From an uncultured delta proteobacterium (lineage in GTDB: Bacteria > Myxococcota > Myxococcia > Myxococcales > Myxococcaceae): 64,000 nucleotides of DNA. The DNA lies in contig CAVZMH010000022.1 in assembly GCA_963776345.1 (NCBI GenBank), positions 96,001-160,000 on the forward strand, read 5' to 3'. The position numbers were made by a program, and so were the translations under genes. Shown here piece by piece: positions 50,850 through 63,567 of this stretch (its first letter is position 1; every line of letters starts with the position of its first letter). Under the pieces are notes generated by a model, which was not told where the DNA came from, ran no database searches, and was given only the letters and a program-made list of their open reading frames with translations.

Positions 50850-51130
50850 CCGCGGGGCGGGAGCGCGTCCCCCTCGAACTCCACCTCGTCCACGTAGCAC
50901 CAGCCCCAGTCCTCGCCCGGCTCCATCGACTGGACGATGGGGTGCTGGGTGGCGTGGAAGTGCTTCGTGGCGTGCCGGTTGGGGCTCGAGTCACAGCAGC
51001 CCACGTGGCCGCACGACAGGCACAGCCGGAGGTGCACCCAGCGCCCGCCCATCTTCAGGCAGTCCTCGCAGCCCTTGGTGGTGTGCGGGTGGACCGGCTT
51101 GAGGGACTCGACGTGCGGGCACTCGGCCAT
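50846..51130 (-). CDS. Stand-alone UBP-type zinc finger protein
   Basis: [30 protein letters not shown]. Confidence 0.9.
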   Translation of the reverse strand: MAECPHVESLKPVHPHTTKGCEDCLKMGGRWVHLRLCLSCGHVGCCDSSPNRHATKHFHATQHPIVQSMEPGEDWGWCYVDEVEFEGDALPPRG

Positions 51131-51314
51131 GGCGGCCGAGGAGACTGCTCCGGCCCGCGAGGGCCGGTCAATCCGCACCCCGGTAGAGACTGGCCGTCCG
51201 CGCAAGGTGTGCGGCGCTCGGAGCCCGGGGCGGTCGTGCGCGCGCCGCATGGACTCCATCGGCGGCGCGGTCGTTGCGCCGTTCGCCTCGGTGTTGCATA
51301 CGCTGGGAACCGCC

Positions 51315-54053
<2,739 letters not shown>

Positions 54054-54065
54054 AAAACCCCGGGC

Positions 54066-55019
54066 TCAGTTTGCCGCGGCGTCCTTGCGGCGGCGCTTGT
54101 CCAGGTACATCCGGCTGTCCGCCTCGGAGAGGAGCTCCTCCAGGGGCTCGGGCGCGTCCGGATCGAACGCCGCCACCCCGGTGCTGAACCCGAGCTGGAA
54201 CTCCCGGCCCGGGCGGCCGTTCAGGGCGTCGAGGCGATTCGCGAGGCGGGCGAGGAGGTCCGGTTCCCGGACGACCGAGGAGTCCGTCACCAGCACCACG
54301 AACTCGTCGCCGCCGAGCCGCGCCACCACGTCCCGCTCGCGGAAGGTGGACTTGAGCACCGTCCCGAGGTCGACCAGCGCCCGGTCACCCGTGGCGTGGC
54401 CGTGCCGGTCGTTGATGTCCTTCAGGTCGTCCAGGTCGACGAAGATGAGGAGCATCGGCCGGCGGGCCAGGGACGCGGCGTCGAGCTGCACCCGGGCGTA
54501 GCGAAGAAAGCCGCGGCGGTTGTACAGGCCGGTGAGCTCGTCCAGGTACGAGAGGTTCGACTCGTGCGGCTCGCCGTTGCCTTCTCCGGAGCGGAGGCGG
54601 GCGCGGTCGGTCACGTCCCGCCAGAGCCAGAGCTGCTCGGCCCGCCGCTCGTCCACCACCACCGGGAGCACGTCGCACTCGAGCATCCGCCCGTCGCTCA
54701 TGCTCCAGGATTCGCCGGCGACCGGCCCGTCCTGCCGGTGCAGCTCGGCCGTGCGTCCGAGGAAGTGCGCGGTGTCGGCGAAGGCCTCGCCCAGCCGGTC
54801 GCACAGGTCCCCGAGCGCCATCCCGGTCAGCGTGCCGGCCGGCGACTGGAGCGCGAAGAGGCGGCAGAAGGCAGGGTTCGCGGCGACGATCCGTCCCTGC
54901 GGCCCCACCACCAGGACGCCGTCTCCGGTGGCCTCGAGCAGCGTCCGCCAGAGGGCGATCGAGTGCGTCGCCGGAGCGTCCGGCAGGGCTGGATCGCTGG
55001 TGAAGGCGGACGTCTCCAC
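54066..55019 (-). CDS. PAS-GGDEF diguanylate cyclase
   Basis: DELTGLYNRR, RxxD I-site, GGDEF. Confidence 0.92.
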   Translation of the reverse strand: METSAFTSDPALPDAPATHSIALWRTLLEATGDGVLVVGPQGRIVAANPAFCRLFALQSPAGTLTGMALGDLCDRLGEAFADTAHFLGRTAELHRQDGPVAGESWSMSDGRMLECDVLPVVVDERRAEQLWLWRDVTDRARLRSGEGNGEPHESNLSYLDELTGLYNRRGFLRYARVQLDAASLARRPMLLIFVDLDDLKDINDRHGHATGDRALVDLGTVLKSTFRERDVVARLGGDEFVVLVTDSSVVREPDLLARLANRLDALNGRPGREFQLGFSTGVAAFDPDAPEPLEELLSEADSRMYLDKRRRKDAAAN

Positions 55020-55149
55020 GGGGGAACCGGGACGGATGCTACGGCGGGGCGCTGACTGGATCCCACCCCCTCGTGCATGTCCCCGCGCCGGTCGTCTAAC
55101 CCCCCGCACCAGCGACCGGTCGCCGGGGGGTGCCCGCGCCCGCCCGCGC

Positions 55150-58041
55150 TCAGGCAGCTGCCCGAGGCCTCACCAGGGCGGCGACCACCGCCACCAGAAC
55201 TTCCGGTTCCACTGGTTTCGTCAAGTAGTCCTGAAATCCTGCTTCCAGCGCCCGGCGGCGGTCGTCCGGCCGGGCGAAGGCGCTGACCGCCACCGCCGGC
55301 ATCTCGCTGACCGGGCCGGCGCCCATGCGGCGGATCTCCCGGATCAGCGCGCAGCCGTCCATCCGCGGCATCGCCACGTCGGAGACCAGGAGATCGGCCC
55401 GGCTGGAGCCGAGCCAGTGGAGCGCCTGCTCGGCGTCGGCGAGCGTCACCACCTCCGCCCCGTGGGCTTCGAGCGCGGAGGACAGCATCTCCCGCGTGTC
55501 CGCCTCGTCGTCCACCACCAGGAGTCGCAGGCCCGAGAGATCCACCCGCTGCTGCCCGGCGGAGGCCTCGTGCAGCGGCCGCTCCAGCGGGACCGGGAGC
55601 GCCAGCGGCAGCCGCACGGTGAAGGTCGCGCCCTGGCCCTCGCCGGAGCTGCGCGCCGAGACCATCCCGCCGTGGAGCTCGACCAGGTGGCGCACGATGG
55701 CCAGCCCGAGCCCCAGTCCCCCGTGCGCCCGGGTGGAGCTGGCGTCAGCCTGGCGGAAGCGCTCGAAGACGTGGGGGAGGAAGTCGGGACGGATTCCCTG
55801 CCCGGTGTCGCTCACCGTGAGGATCGCCGCGCGGTCACCGGCGGCGAGCGAGACCGAGACCCGGCCTCCGCGCGGGGTGAACTTGATGGCGTTGGAGAGG
55901 AGGTTCCAGAGAATCTGATGGAGCCGCTCGGGGTCGCCGCTCAGGGGGCACGGCACGACCGAGGCCTGGAGCTGCACCCCTCGGCTGTCCGCGCCCGGAC
56001 GGAGCGAGTCCACCGCCGCCTCGACGATGCGCGCGAGGTCCGCCGTCTCCACGTTGAGCCGCGTCTTGCCGGACACGATGCGGCTCACGTCCAGGAGGTC
56101 CTCCACCAGCCGGGTCTGCGCCTTGGCATTGCGCTCCAGCGTCTCCAGCGCCCGGGTCTGCTTCTCGGAGGTGAGCCCGCCCCGGCGGAGCAGGCGCGTC
56201 CAGCCGAGGATGGACGCCAGGGGCGTGCGGAGCTCGTGGCTCACCGTGGCCAGGAACTCGTCCTTGGCGCGGCTGGCCTCCTCCGCGCGGTGGTAGAGCT
56301 CGGCGTTGTCCATCGCCAGCGCCGCGCGCCGGGCCAGCTCCTCCACCAGCCCCAGGTCGAGCCGCTCGAAGCGGCGCCCGCTGCGGACGGTCAGGAAGCT
56401 GATGACCCCCAGTGTCCTGCCGCGAGCGGACAGCGGCGCGCAGACCAGCGAGGTCGGGCTCAACCGCTCGAACAGCCGGAGGCGCTCGGCGTCCTCGGCG
56501 ATCTCCAGCTTCACTGCCGCGGGGAGCCGCTCCCGCAGCACCGAGCGCCGCGTCCGGAGCGCCTCCATGACCGGCGAGTCCGCATCGGTGCGCGGGGCCA
56601 TCCGTTTGAAGGTGGCGAGCGCCTCCTCCTCGATGCACCCCGCCACCTCCACCCGCCGCAGCACGCCCGACTCGTCCGCCAGGTCGATGATGCACACGTC
56701 GGCGAACGTCGGGATGGCCATCTCTCCCACCGCCCGCAGCGTGGCCTTGTAGTCCAGCGTGCCGGAGAGCTCCGCTGCACCGCCGGAGAGGATGCGCAGC
56801 GCCTCCTCCTCGCGGTGGCGGGTGGTGACGTCGACGGTCGTGCCCACCCACTCGCGGATCTTCCCGTCGGCGCGCAGGAGCGGGATGCCGCGGCTCGCCA
56901 CGGTGGCCCAGCCTCCCGACGCCTTGCGGACCCGGTACTCGGCCTCGAATCGCCGCCGCTGGGTCACCGCGTCGACCCACAGCTGCGAGGTCCGTTCCAG
57001 GTCGTCCGGGTGGACCGAGTCGATCCAGCCGAGCCCCAGCGTCTCCTCGGGCTTCTGCCCGGTCAGCGCGCACCAGGCCGGGACGGCGTGGCGCAGGTGC
57101 CCGTTCCAGTCCGCCACCCAGACCATGTCGGCGTTGGTCTCGACGATGGACCGGAATCGCTCCTCGCCCACCGCCAGCCGCCGGCGCTCGCCCTCGAGCT
57201 CGTCGGCCAGCGCCATCTTCTCGTGGGCCAGCGCGTCGCTCCGGGCGCGCGCCGAGACCTGCTCGGTCACGTCGGTGGCGAAGGACAGCACGCCGTCCAC
57301 CGCGCCGTCTGCCCCGGTCACCGGGAGGAATGCCAGGTCGAACCAGCGCCGCTCGGAGCCGCCCGCCGCCGTCACCACCAGGGGATGCTCCTGGTCGCGG
57401 TACGGCGCACCGGTCCGGAACACCTCGCGCATCGCCAGGAGCAGCGGATCGCCCTTCCACTCCGGGAGCGCCTCGGCCAGCGGCCGGCCGAGGAACTCCC
57501 GGCCCGGGTGGCGCGCGCGGTAACGGTCGTTGACGAACTCGTAGACCAGCTCGGCGCCGCGCAGGTACGCCATCTCCGCCGGGACCTGGGCGAGCAGCGA
57601 CTCGAGCGCCGCGCGGCGGAGCTCGGTGCGGTCGCGCTCCGCCTCCGTCTCCCGCAGGGCCGCGCGGGTCTGGGTCTCCTGCGTCACGTCGCGGAAGTGC
57701 ACCAGGAGCGCGGGGCCGGCGCGGCTGGCGTGGATGCGGAACCAGCCCGACACCCGCCCGTCGTCGTAGTGGATGCGGAGGTCCGTCGGCTCGCCGGTCT
57801 CCGCCGTCCGCGCGTAGCTGGCGAGCAGTCCCGAGCGCTCGGCGTCGGGGGCAGAGGCGAGCAGGCTCTGTCCGAGCTTCTCCTCGAGGGTCGAGCTCAC
57901 CGCCCGCAGCGCGACCGGGTTGGCGTAGAGGTAGCGGAAGTCCACCACCCGCCCTTCCTCTCGCACCGGGGCGAAGACGAAGACGGGCTCGGGACTCTCG
58001 TCATAGAGGGTCGCCAGAACCTCGGGAGTGAGCTCGGCCAT
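55150..58041 (-). CDS. Cytoplasmic hybrid histidine kinase (PAS x3, GAF, HisKA, HATPase, REC)
   Basis: [31 protein letters not shown]. Confidence 0.93.
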   Translation of the reverse strand: MAELTPEVLATLYDESPEPVFVFAPVREEGRVVDFRYLYANPVALRAVSSTLEEKLGQSLLASAPDAERSGLLASYARTAETGEPTDLRIHYDDGRVSGWFRIHASRAGPALLVHFRDVTQETQTRAALRETEAERDRTELRRAALESLLAQVPAEMAYLRGAELVYEFVNDRYRARHPGREFLGRPLAEALPEWKGDPLLLAMREVFRTGAPYRDQEHPLVVTAAGGSERRWFDLAFLPVTGADGAVDGVLSFATDVTEQVSARARSDALAHEKMALADELEGERRRLAVGEERFRSIVETNADMVWVADWNGHLRHAVPAWCALTGQKPEETLGLGWIDSVHPDDLERTSQLWVDAVTQRRRFEAEYRVRKASGGWATVASRGIPLLRADGKIREWVGTTVDVTTRHREEEALRILSGGAAELSGTLDYKATLRAVGEMAIPTFADVCIIDLADESGVLRRVEVAGCIEEEALATFKRMAPRTDADSPVMEALRTRRSVLRERLPAAVKLEIAEDAERLRLFERLSPTSLVCAPLSARGRTLGVISFLTVRSGRRFERLDLGLVEELARRAALAMDNAELYHRAEEASRAKDEFLATVSHELRTPLASILGWTRLLRRGGLTSEKQTRALETLERNAKAQTRLVEDLLDVSRIVSGKTRLNVETADLARIVEAAVDSLRPGADSRGVQLQASVVPCPLSGDPERLHQILWNLLSNAIKFTPRGGRVSVSLAAGDRAAILTVSDTGQGIRPDFLPHVFERFRQADASSTRAHGGLGLGLAIVRHLVELHGGMVSARSSGEGQGATFTVRLPLALPVPLERPLHEASAGQQRVDLSGLRLLVVDDEADTREMLSSALEAHGAEVVTLADAEQALHWLGSSRADLLVSDVAMPRMDGCALIREIRRMGAGPVSEMPAVAVSAFARPDDRRRALEAGFQDYLTKPVEPEVLVAVVAALVRPRAAA

Positions 58042-58061
58042 CGGGTGCGACGGACCGAAAG

Positions 58062-58961
58062 TTAACCCCACACCGTCCGAGCGGCGCGATAGGTGCCGAT
58101 GTGTGCACGGACCGTGGCCTCCAGCGGCCGGGCGTACCCGCCCCCCAGTGTGACCACCACCGGCACGCCCGAGCGCCGCGCCGCCTCGAGCACGAAGGTG
58201 TCGCGCGCCTCGAGGCCCTGGTGGGTGAGCGCGAGCCGCCCGAGCGCGTCCTCGGCCAGCGGGTCGACGCCAGCCTGGTAGTAGAGCAGGTCGGGGCGGG
58301 CCGCCTCGAGCGCGCGGGGCAGGTGGCGCGCGAGCACGTCGAGGTACACCTCGTCACCGGCGCCGTCCGGCAGCCCGAGGTCGAGGCTCGAGCGCTGCTT
58401 GCGGAAGGGGAAGTTGCGCTCGCCGTGCATGCTGAAGGTGAACACCTCCGGATCGCCCTCGAACACCGCGGCGGTCCCGTTGCCCTGGTGGACGTCGAGG
58501 TCGACCACCAGCGCGCGGCGGATGCTCCCCGCGACCTGCAGCGCACGGATGCTCACCGCGATGTCGTTGAACACGCAGTAGCCCTCGCCGTGGTCGGGGA
58601 AGGCGTGGTGCGTGCCGCCGGCGAGGTTGCCGCCGATGCCCTCGGCCAGCGCGCGCACCGCGGCCGCGCAGGTGCCGCCCACCGCGGCCAGCGAGCGCAC
58701 CACGAGCTCCGGGCTCCACGGGAACCCGAGCCGCCGCCCTTCCGCCTCGGTCAGCCGGTTCTCGAGGACCGCGGCCACCCAGCGCGGGGTGTGCACGCGC
58801 AGGAGCGCCTCGACCTCCACCGGCTCGGACGGGACCAGCTCATCGGCCCGGAGCACGCCCGACGCGAGCAGCGCCTCCCGGAGCAGCCGGTACTTGCCCA
58901 TGGGAAAGCGGTGGCCGGGTGGAAGCGGGACGAGGTGGTGGTCCGAGTGGAAGACGCGCAC
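58062..58961 (-). CDS. Histone deacetylase family protein
   Basis: GGTHHA, GYCVFND, DLDVHQGNG, GGGY. Confidence 0.93.
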   Translation of the reverse strand: MRVFHSDHHLVPLPPGHRFPMGKYRLLREALLASGVLRADELVPSEPVEVEALLRVHTPRWVAAVLENRLTEAEGRRLGFPWSPELVVRSLAAVGGTCAAAVRALAEGIGGNLAGGTHHAFPDHGEGYCVFNDIAVSIRALQVAGSIRRALVVDLDVHQGNGTAAVFEGDPEVFTFSMHGERNFPFRKQRSSLDLGLPDGAGDEVYLDVLARHLPRALEAARPDLLYYQAGVDPLAEDALGRLALTHQGLEARDTFVLEAARRSGVPVVVTLGGGYARPLEATVRAHIGTYRAARTVWG

Positions 58962-59021
58962 GGCCTGGTGCCCTGCACTCTGCCCCGGCCGTGGCGGTTT
59001 GTGCTAAGGCCCCCCGCCCGT

Positions 59022-59453
59022 ATGCCCCTTCTCCCTCGACCCCTGGTCGCCGCCGGAGCGCTCGCGCTCGGCGCCTTCGGCTGCTCCCACGAGCATGGGC
59101 CCCTGTCCGACAAGCCGGACACCACCAGCCTCGGCAACGCGGGCCGCTTCGGGGCCATTCTGGTCAGCACCTCCACCGGACTCGCCCTTCGCCCCTCGGA
59201 TCCGGCCGCCCCCGTCCCGGGGACGGTGCAGGGCGAGACCTCGCCGCTCACCACGCAGGCCAGGCCGGTGATGACCCTGCTCGGCACCCGCGCGGACTGG
59301 AGCGACGGGCAGACCTACGCCCCGGAGACGGGCTGGGCCATGAACGACTGGACCTCCGGGCCGAACCTCCCCGTCGAGCCCTGGAACATGGCCCTCGAGG
59401 CGCCCGCGGGCGAGGGCCACGGCGCCCCGAAGGGCCACCACCCGAACCCCTAG
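59022..59453 (+). CDS. Hypothetical lipoprotein
   Basis: AFGC lipobox; His-rich C-terminus. Confidence 0.65.
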   Translation: MPLLPRPLVAAGALALGAFGCSHEHGPLSDKPDTTSLGNAGRFGAILVSTSTGLALRPSDPAAPVPGTVQGETSPLTTQARPVMTLLGTRADWSDGQTYAPETGWAMNDWTSGPNLPVEPWNMALEAPAGEGHGAPKGHHPNP

Positions 59454-59522
59454 CCAGCCTCGTGAGCGGACCCCGACGTGCTAGGAAGATCGGCCACTTC
59501 GGGGGGGCGAGGAGGCAGGCCA

Positions 59523-60341
59523 GTGTCGTTCCGCGCAGCCCAGGTGCTGTCGATGCTGCTGGTGGGCGTGGCCCTCGGTGCGGAGACCCCGCAGGTCCAG
59601 GGTGCAGACGCGGGCGCGGCGGTGCCGGCGCACGAACACCACCCGGTGGATCCGCGCCCGCCCGCGCCGAAGGGCAAGCCGGTGGAGCTCTCGTTGCCCG
59701 GCGGCAAGACCAGCACCGCGTACGTTGCGCGGCCCAAGGGCGCGGCCCGCGGCGGGCTTCTCGTGCTCCACGAGTGGTGGGGGCTGAACGACTGGGTGAA
59801 GGCGGAGGCCGACCGGTACGCCACGCAGGGCTATCTGGTCCTGGCGGTGGACCTCTTCGGAGGCTCGGTGGCCACCACCGCGGAGCAGGCGCAGAAGCTG
59901 ATGTCCGAGCTGGACGAGAAGCACGCCACCGAGGTGGAGGTCGCCGGCCTCGACTGGCTCGCCCAGGCGGCGCCGAGGAAGAAGATCGCCACGCTCGGGT
60001 GGTGCATGGGCGGCGGCCAGAGCCTGAACGCCTCGCTGGCCGGCCCGGGGAAGGTGGCAGGCACGGTCATCTTCTACGGCCTCCCGGTGACCGACGTGAA
60101 TCTCCTCAAGAAGCTGCACGGCCCCGTGCTCGGCATCTGGGCGAAGCGGGACGGGTGGATCACCCCGGAGAAGGTCGCGGCGTTCGACCTGGCGCTGAAG
60201 GACGCGGGCATCAAGCACGAGTTCCGCAGCTACGACGCCGACCACGCCTTCGCCAACCCGAGCGGCGGCCGCTACAACCCCCCTGCGGCGCAGGACGCGA
60301 ACCAGGCGGCCCGCCGCTTCCTCAAGTCCGTGCTGCACTGA
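59523..60341 (+). CDS. Secreted dienelactone hydrolase family protein
   Basis: HEWWGLN, GWCMGG, HAFANP. Confidence 0.9.
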   Translation: MSFRAAQVLSMLLVGVALGAETPQVQGADAGAAVPAHEHHPVDPRPPAPKGKPVELSLPGGKTSTAYVARPKGAARGGLLVLHEWWGLNDWVKAEADRYATQGYLVLAVDLFGGSVATTAEQAQKLMSELDEKHATEVEVAGLDWLAQAAPRKKIATLGWCMGGGQSLNASLAGPGKVAGTVIFYGLPVTDVNLLKKLHGPVLGIWAKRDGWITPEKVAAFDLALKDAGIKHEFRSYDADHAFANPSGGRYNPPAAQDANQAARRFLKSVLH

Positions 60342-60366
60342 GGAGCGCGTTCGCCCCCGGGGGGCC

Positions 60367-60951
60367 TCAGGAGCCGGTGACGCCCTGTCCCTCGAGCGAG
60401 CGGCGGAGGACCGGCATCGCCCGGGCCACCCGCATCTGCAGCGTGCCCGGCCGAGCGCCGCACCGCTCGGCCATCTCCTCGTAGGAGAGCATCTCCCCGT
60501 ACCGCAGCTCCACCGCCCGGCGCGCCTCCGCCGAGAGCACGTCGAGCGCGTGTCGGAGCCGCTGCACCAGCGACGACCGATGGACCTCGTCCTCGGCGCT
60601 GGGGCGGGCATCGTCCACCTCGGGAAGCGTCGCCTGGAGCACCTGCCAGCGCCGGCGGCGGCGGTGAATCTTCAGCGCGTCGAGGCAGCGGTTCCGGGCG
60701 ATGGCCATCAGCCACGCGGCGATCGACTCGCGCTCCAGCACCCGGTGGAGCGACTGGTAGGCCTGCACGAAGCAGGTCTGGTGCACGTCCTCGGCCAGCG
60801 TGCGGTCCGGGACGTACCGGGCGCAGACCGCGAAGAGCTGCGTCCCGTAGGCGTCCATCAGCATCCTCAGTGCGGTGTCCTGATCGCCGCTACGCACCGC
60901 CCGGCGGATCCGGGCATCCGCCGCGCTCCGTTCCTCGAGTCCAAGCCCCAT
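60367..60951 (-). CDS. ECF sigma factor with no adjacent anti-sigma
   Basis: AEDVHQT, AWLMAIARNRCLD, LSYEEMA..GTLQMRVARA. Confidence 0.88.
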   Translation of the reverse strand: MGLGLEERSAADARIRRAVRSGDQDTALRMLMDAYGTQLFAVCARYVPDRTLAEDVHQTCFVQAYQSLHRVLERESIAAWLMAIARNRCLDALKIHRRRRRWQVLQATLPEVDDARPSAEDEVHRSSLVQRLRHALDVLSAEARRAVELRYGEMLSYEEMAERCGARPGTLQMRVARAMPVLRRSLEGQGVTGS

Positions 60952-61044
60952 CGGTTCCGCTCGCCCCCAGACGCCGGAGGCCGCGCATCGGCCAACGGTG
61001 AAGGGGAGTCGGACGGGGCCCGGGAATCTTCCCCGGGGGGGTGC

Positions 61045-61272
61045 TCAGTCGGGCTTCGGGGGGTGGGCACCCCGGTCGAGGCGCTCGAGGTAGCGCCCCT
61101 GCCCGTGGTACCCGGCGCGGGTCAGCCGCTGGGCCTCGACCATGTCCGCCAGCCGGGTGCAGAGCGTCCCCAGCGTGCGGAAGGTCTCGGCAAGCAGGCG
61201 CTCGGCCTGGTCCGGGTGTGTGAGCGGGGCCAGCAGTCGCTCGCGCACCCGCAAGAGGCTTGGAAACTTCAC
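61045..61272 (-). CDS. Small hypothetical protein
   Basis: Helical 75 aa ORF filling the gap, AAGGTGG upstream. Confidence 0.6.
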   Translation of the reverse strand: MKFPSLLRVRERLLAPLTHPDQAERLLAETFRTLGTLCTRLADMVEAQRLTRAGYHGQGRYLERLDRGAHPPKPD

Positions 61273-61323
61273 GGCTGCCACCTTAATCACATCCGCGTCC
61301 TATCCGCGAAAGGGGAGCGAACA

Positions 61324-62226
61324 ATGGCCAGTGGGCAACGCGTGGGGTTTCTGGGCCTCGGGCTGATGGGCCGGGGCATGGCGAAGAACCTCGCGGCCAA
61401 GGGCTTCCAGGTGACGGTCTGGAACCGCACCCGCGCCCGGGCCACGGCGCTCGAGCCGCTGGGGGTGAAGGTGGCCGACACGCCGGCCCAGCTGATGGCC
61501 GGGGTGGACGTTGCCTGCACCTGCGTGGCGACGCCCGCCGCGCTGGAGGAGGTGGTGGCGGGCAAGGACGGCCTGCTCTCCTCGGCCCGGCACGGGCAGC
61601 TGCTCATCGACTTCAGCACCATCGGGCCCGACCAGGCGCGCAGCCTCGAGCAACGCGCGGGCGCGCTGGGCGTGGACCTCGTCGAGGCGCCGGTCACCGG
61701 GAGCAAGAACGGCGCGGAGAAGGGGACGCTGCTGATCATGGCCGGAGCGACCGCCGCGGCCCTCTCGCGGGCCGAGCCCGTGTTCCGCGCGGTGGGCGAG
61801 AAGTGGATCCACTGTGGGCCGGTGGGCGCCGGGAGCCAGGTGAAGCTCGCCGGGAATGCGCTCATCGCCGCGATGCTCCAGAGCCTCGGCGAGGGGATGC
61901 TGCTCGCCACCCGCGCCGGCGTGGATCCGGCGAAGGTGCTCGAGGTGGTGCAGGCCTCCGGCTTCCGCTCGCCCTACTTCGAGTTCAAGGGGCAGGCGCT
62001 CCTCCGCCGCGACTTCGAGACCCACTTCGCCATCGACCTGATGCACAAGGACCTGGGCCTCTTCCTCGACAGCGCCGCTGCGCACCGGGTCCCCACGCCC
62101 ACCGCCGCCGCGGTTCGCCAGTGCTACGAGCTGGCGCGCGCGGCGGGGAAGGGTGAGCAGGACATCGGCGCGGTCATCACCACCTTCGAGCAGCTCCTGG
62201 GCGTGGAGATCCGCCCCAAGTCCTGA
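61324..62226 (+). CDS. NAD(P)-dependent beta-hydroxyacid dehydrogenase (3-hydroxyisobutyrate DH/tartronate semialdehyde reductase family)
   Basis: GFLGLGLMG, APVTGS, KLAGN, HKDL. Confidence 0.9.
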   Translation: MASGQRVGFLGLGLMGRGMAKNLAAKGFQVTVWNRTRARATALEPLGVKVADTPAQLMAGVDVACTCVATPAALEEVVAGKDGLLSSARHGQLLIDFSTIGPDQARSLEQRAGALGVDLVEAPVTGSKNGAEKGTLLIMAGATAAALSRAEPVFRAVGEKWIHCGPVGAGSQVKLAGNALIAAMLQSLGEGMLLATRAGVDPAKVLEVVQASGFRSPYFEFKGQALLRRDFETHFAIDLMHKDLGLFLDSAAAHRVPTPTAAAVRQCYELARAAGKGEQDIGAVITTFEQLLGVEIRPKS

Positions 62227-62439
62227 TGCGTCACCGCCCGCTGCGCGGATGCACCGGTTCACACCGGGCTTCGTTGACAGCTTGACCCCGGGCCCCGCGG
62301 AGCAGGGTGTCTGGCCCACCCCGGGAGGCCCTCTAGCTCAAGTTATTCCAGGTACTTGTGGCAACTTTACGCGGTGGGCTTGCTGGGGGTCAGCGACGCT
62401 GCTTACAGTTCGCCGTCCAGTCGCGGTCCGGAGGTGCCC

Positions 62440-62685
62440 TTGGCCGACATCGGGGAGCTGGTGAAGCTGGGCGATGGCCGCTGGGCGCGCTACCAGCAGT
62501 GCGCCGTGAGCGGCACCGGCGGGCTGTCGATCCTCGTCGCGGTCGAGCTCGACGAGGGGACCCAGCGGCTCCTCGACGCGGCCGAGCGCAGTCGCGCGCC
62601 CGAGCCGGCCGAGCCGCGCCAGGCGCCCCGCCTCGAGCTCGCCGACGTGGGCACGCCGAGCGAGGTCGTGGCGTCGGTCCACTGA
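62440..62685 (+). CDS. Small hypothetical protein
   Basis: GGAGGT RBS followed by TTG, MADIGELVKLGDGRWARY. Confidence 0.65.
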   Translation: MADIGELVKLGDGRWARYQQCAVSGTGGLSILVAVELDEGTQRLLDAAERSRAPEPAEPRQAPRLELADVGTPSEVVASVH

Positions 62686-62706
62686 CCGGCGTCCCTGGCG
62701 CCGCTC

Positions 62707-63471
62707 CTACTCCACCCCGAAGAACCGCTGCGCGTTCCGGAACGCCAGCCGGCCCACCAGCACCTTGCCGAGCCCGGCGCGCTCGAGCAGATGCACTGCG
62801 CGTGGCAGCCCGAGGAGGTCTCCCGGCCGGTCGCCGGCGTCGCTGCCCAGCGTCAGCCGCCGGCTCCCGAGGCGGCGCACCAGCTGCACCACGCGGTCGG
62901 CGGTGAGCTCACCCACCTGCACCGTCAGCCCGGCCCAGTGTCCCCGGGCGAGGATGAGGGGCACGGTGCGGGCGCTGGCGTGCTCCACGAGGACGCGCCC
63001 CGGCTCGGGCCCGTGCGTGCGCGCCAGGGCCAGGAGCCGCCGCGTCCACCGCTCCTTGTCCAGCGCCGGAGTGTGCAGGACGACCCGGAGCGAGAGCCGG
63101 CGCGCCAGCTCGAGCTGCTCGACCAGCGCCTCCTCCTCGTCCGGCCCGCCGCGGTGGAAGCCGATCTCGCCGAGCGCGACCACCCGGCCCCCGCGGAACA
63201 GGTCGGGCAGCGTCGCCAGGACGTCGTGCAGGCCGCGGCGGGGAATGGCCCGGGGGTGGATGCCCAGCGCCACGTAGCCGCGGATGCCGGCCCGCTCCAG
63301 CCTCGGAAGCTGGACCTCGAGCAGGTCGCGGAAGTGCGCGCGCAGCCCGCGCGAGGTGGGCTCGGGGAAGTGGTGCCCCAGCGCCACCGCCCGCTCGACG
63401 CCGAAGGCGCGGAGCGACTCGAGATCCAGGTCGGACAGCGTCTCGGGGTGTAGGTGGGCGTCGAAGAGCAC
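62707..63471 (-). CDS. TatD family hydrolase
   Basis: DAHLH, GIHP, ALGEIG, HTP, GSD. Confidence 0.88.
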   Translation of the reverse strand: MLFDAHLHPETLSDLDLESLRAFGVERAVALGHHFPEPTSRGLRAHFRDLLEVQLPRLERAGIRGYVALGIHPRAIPRRGLHDVLATLPDLFRGGRVVALGEIGFHRGGPDEEEALVEQLELARRLSLRVVLHTPALDKERWTRRLLALARTHGPEPGRVLVEHASARTVPLILARGHWAGLTVQVGELTADRVVQLVRRLGSRRLTLGSDAGDRPGDLLGLPRAVHLLERAGLGKVLVGRLAFRNAQRFFGVE

Positions 63472-63567
63472 GTGCGCTGGCGAGACAGTGTGACCCGGCG
63501 ACGTCTATTCTGCCCGGGCGGCACGCCGGAGCGCACGGCTCCCGCGCCGGGGAGGAGGGTGCCGTCG

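Noticed and set aside
54520..58065. 1181 aa plus-strand ORF, and similar long ORFs at 39774-42833, 50816-53710 and 16898-19267
   Set aside because: Antisense or off-frame shadows of clear genes in high-GC DNA, with no motifs
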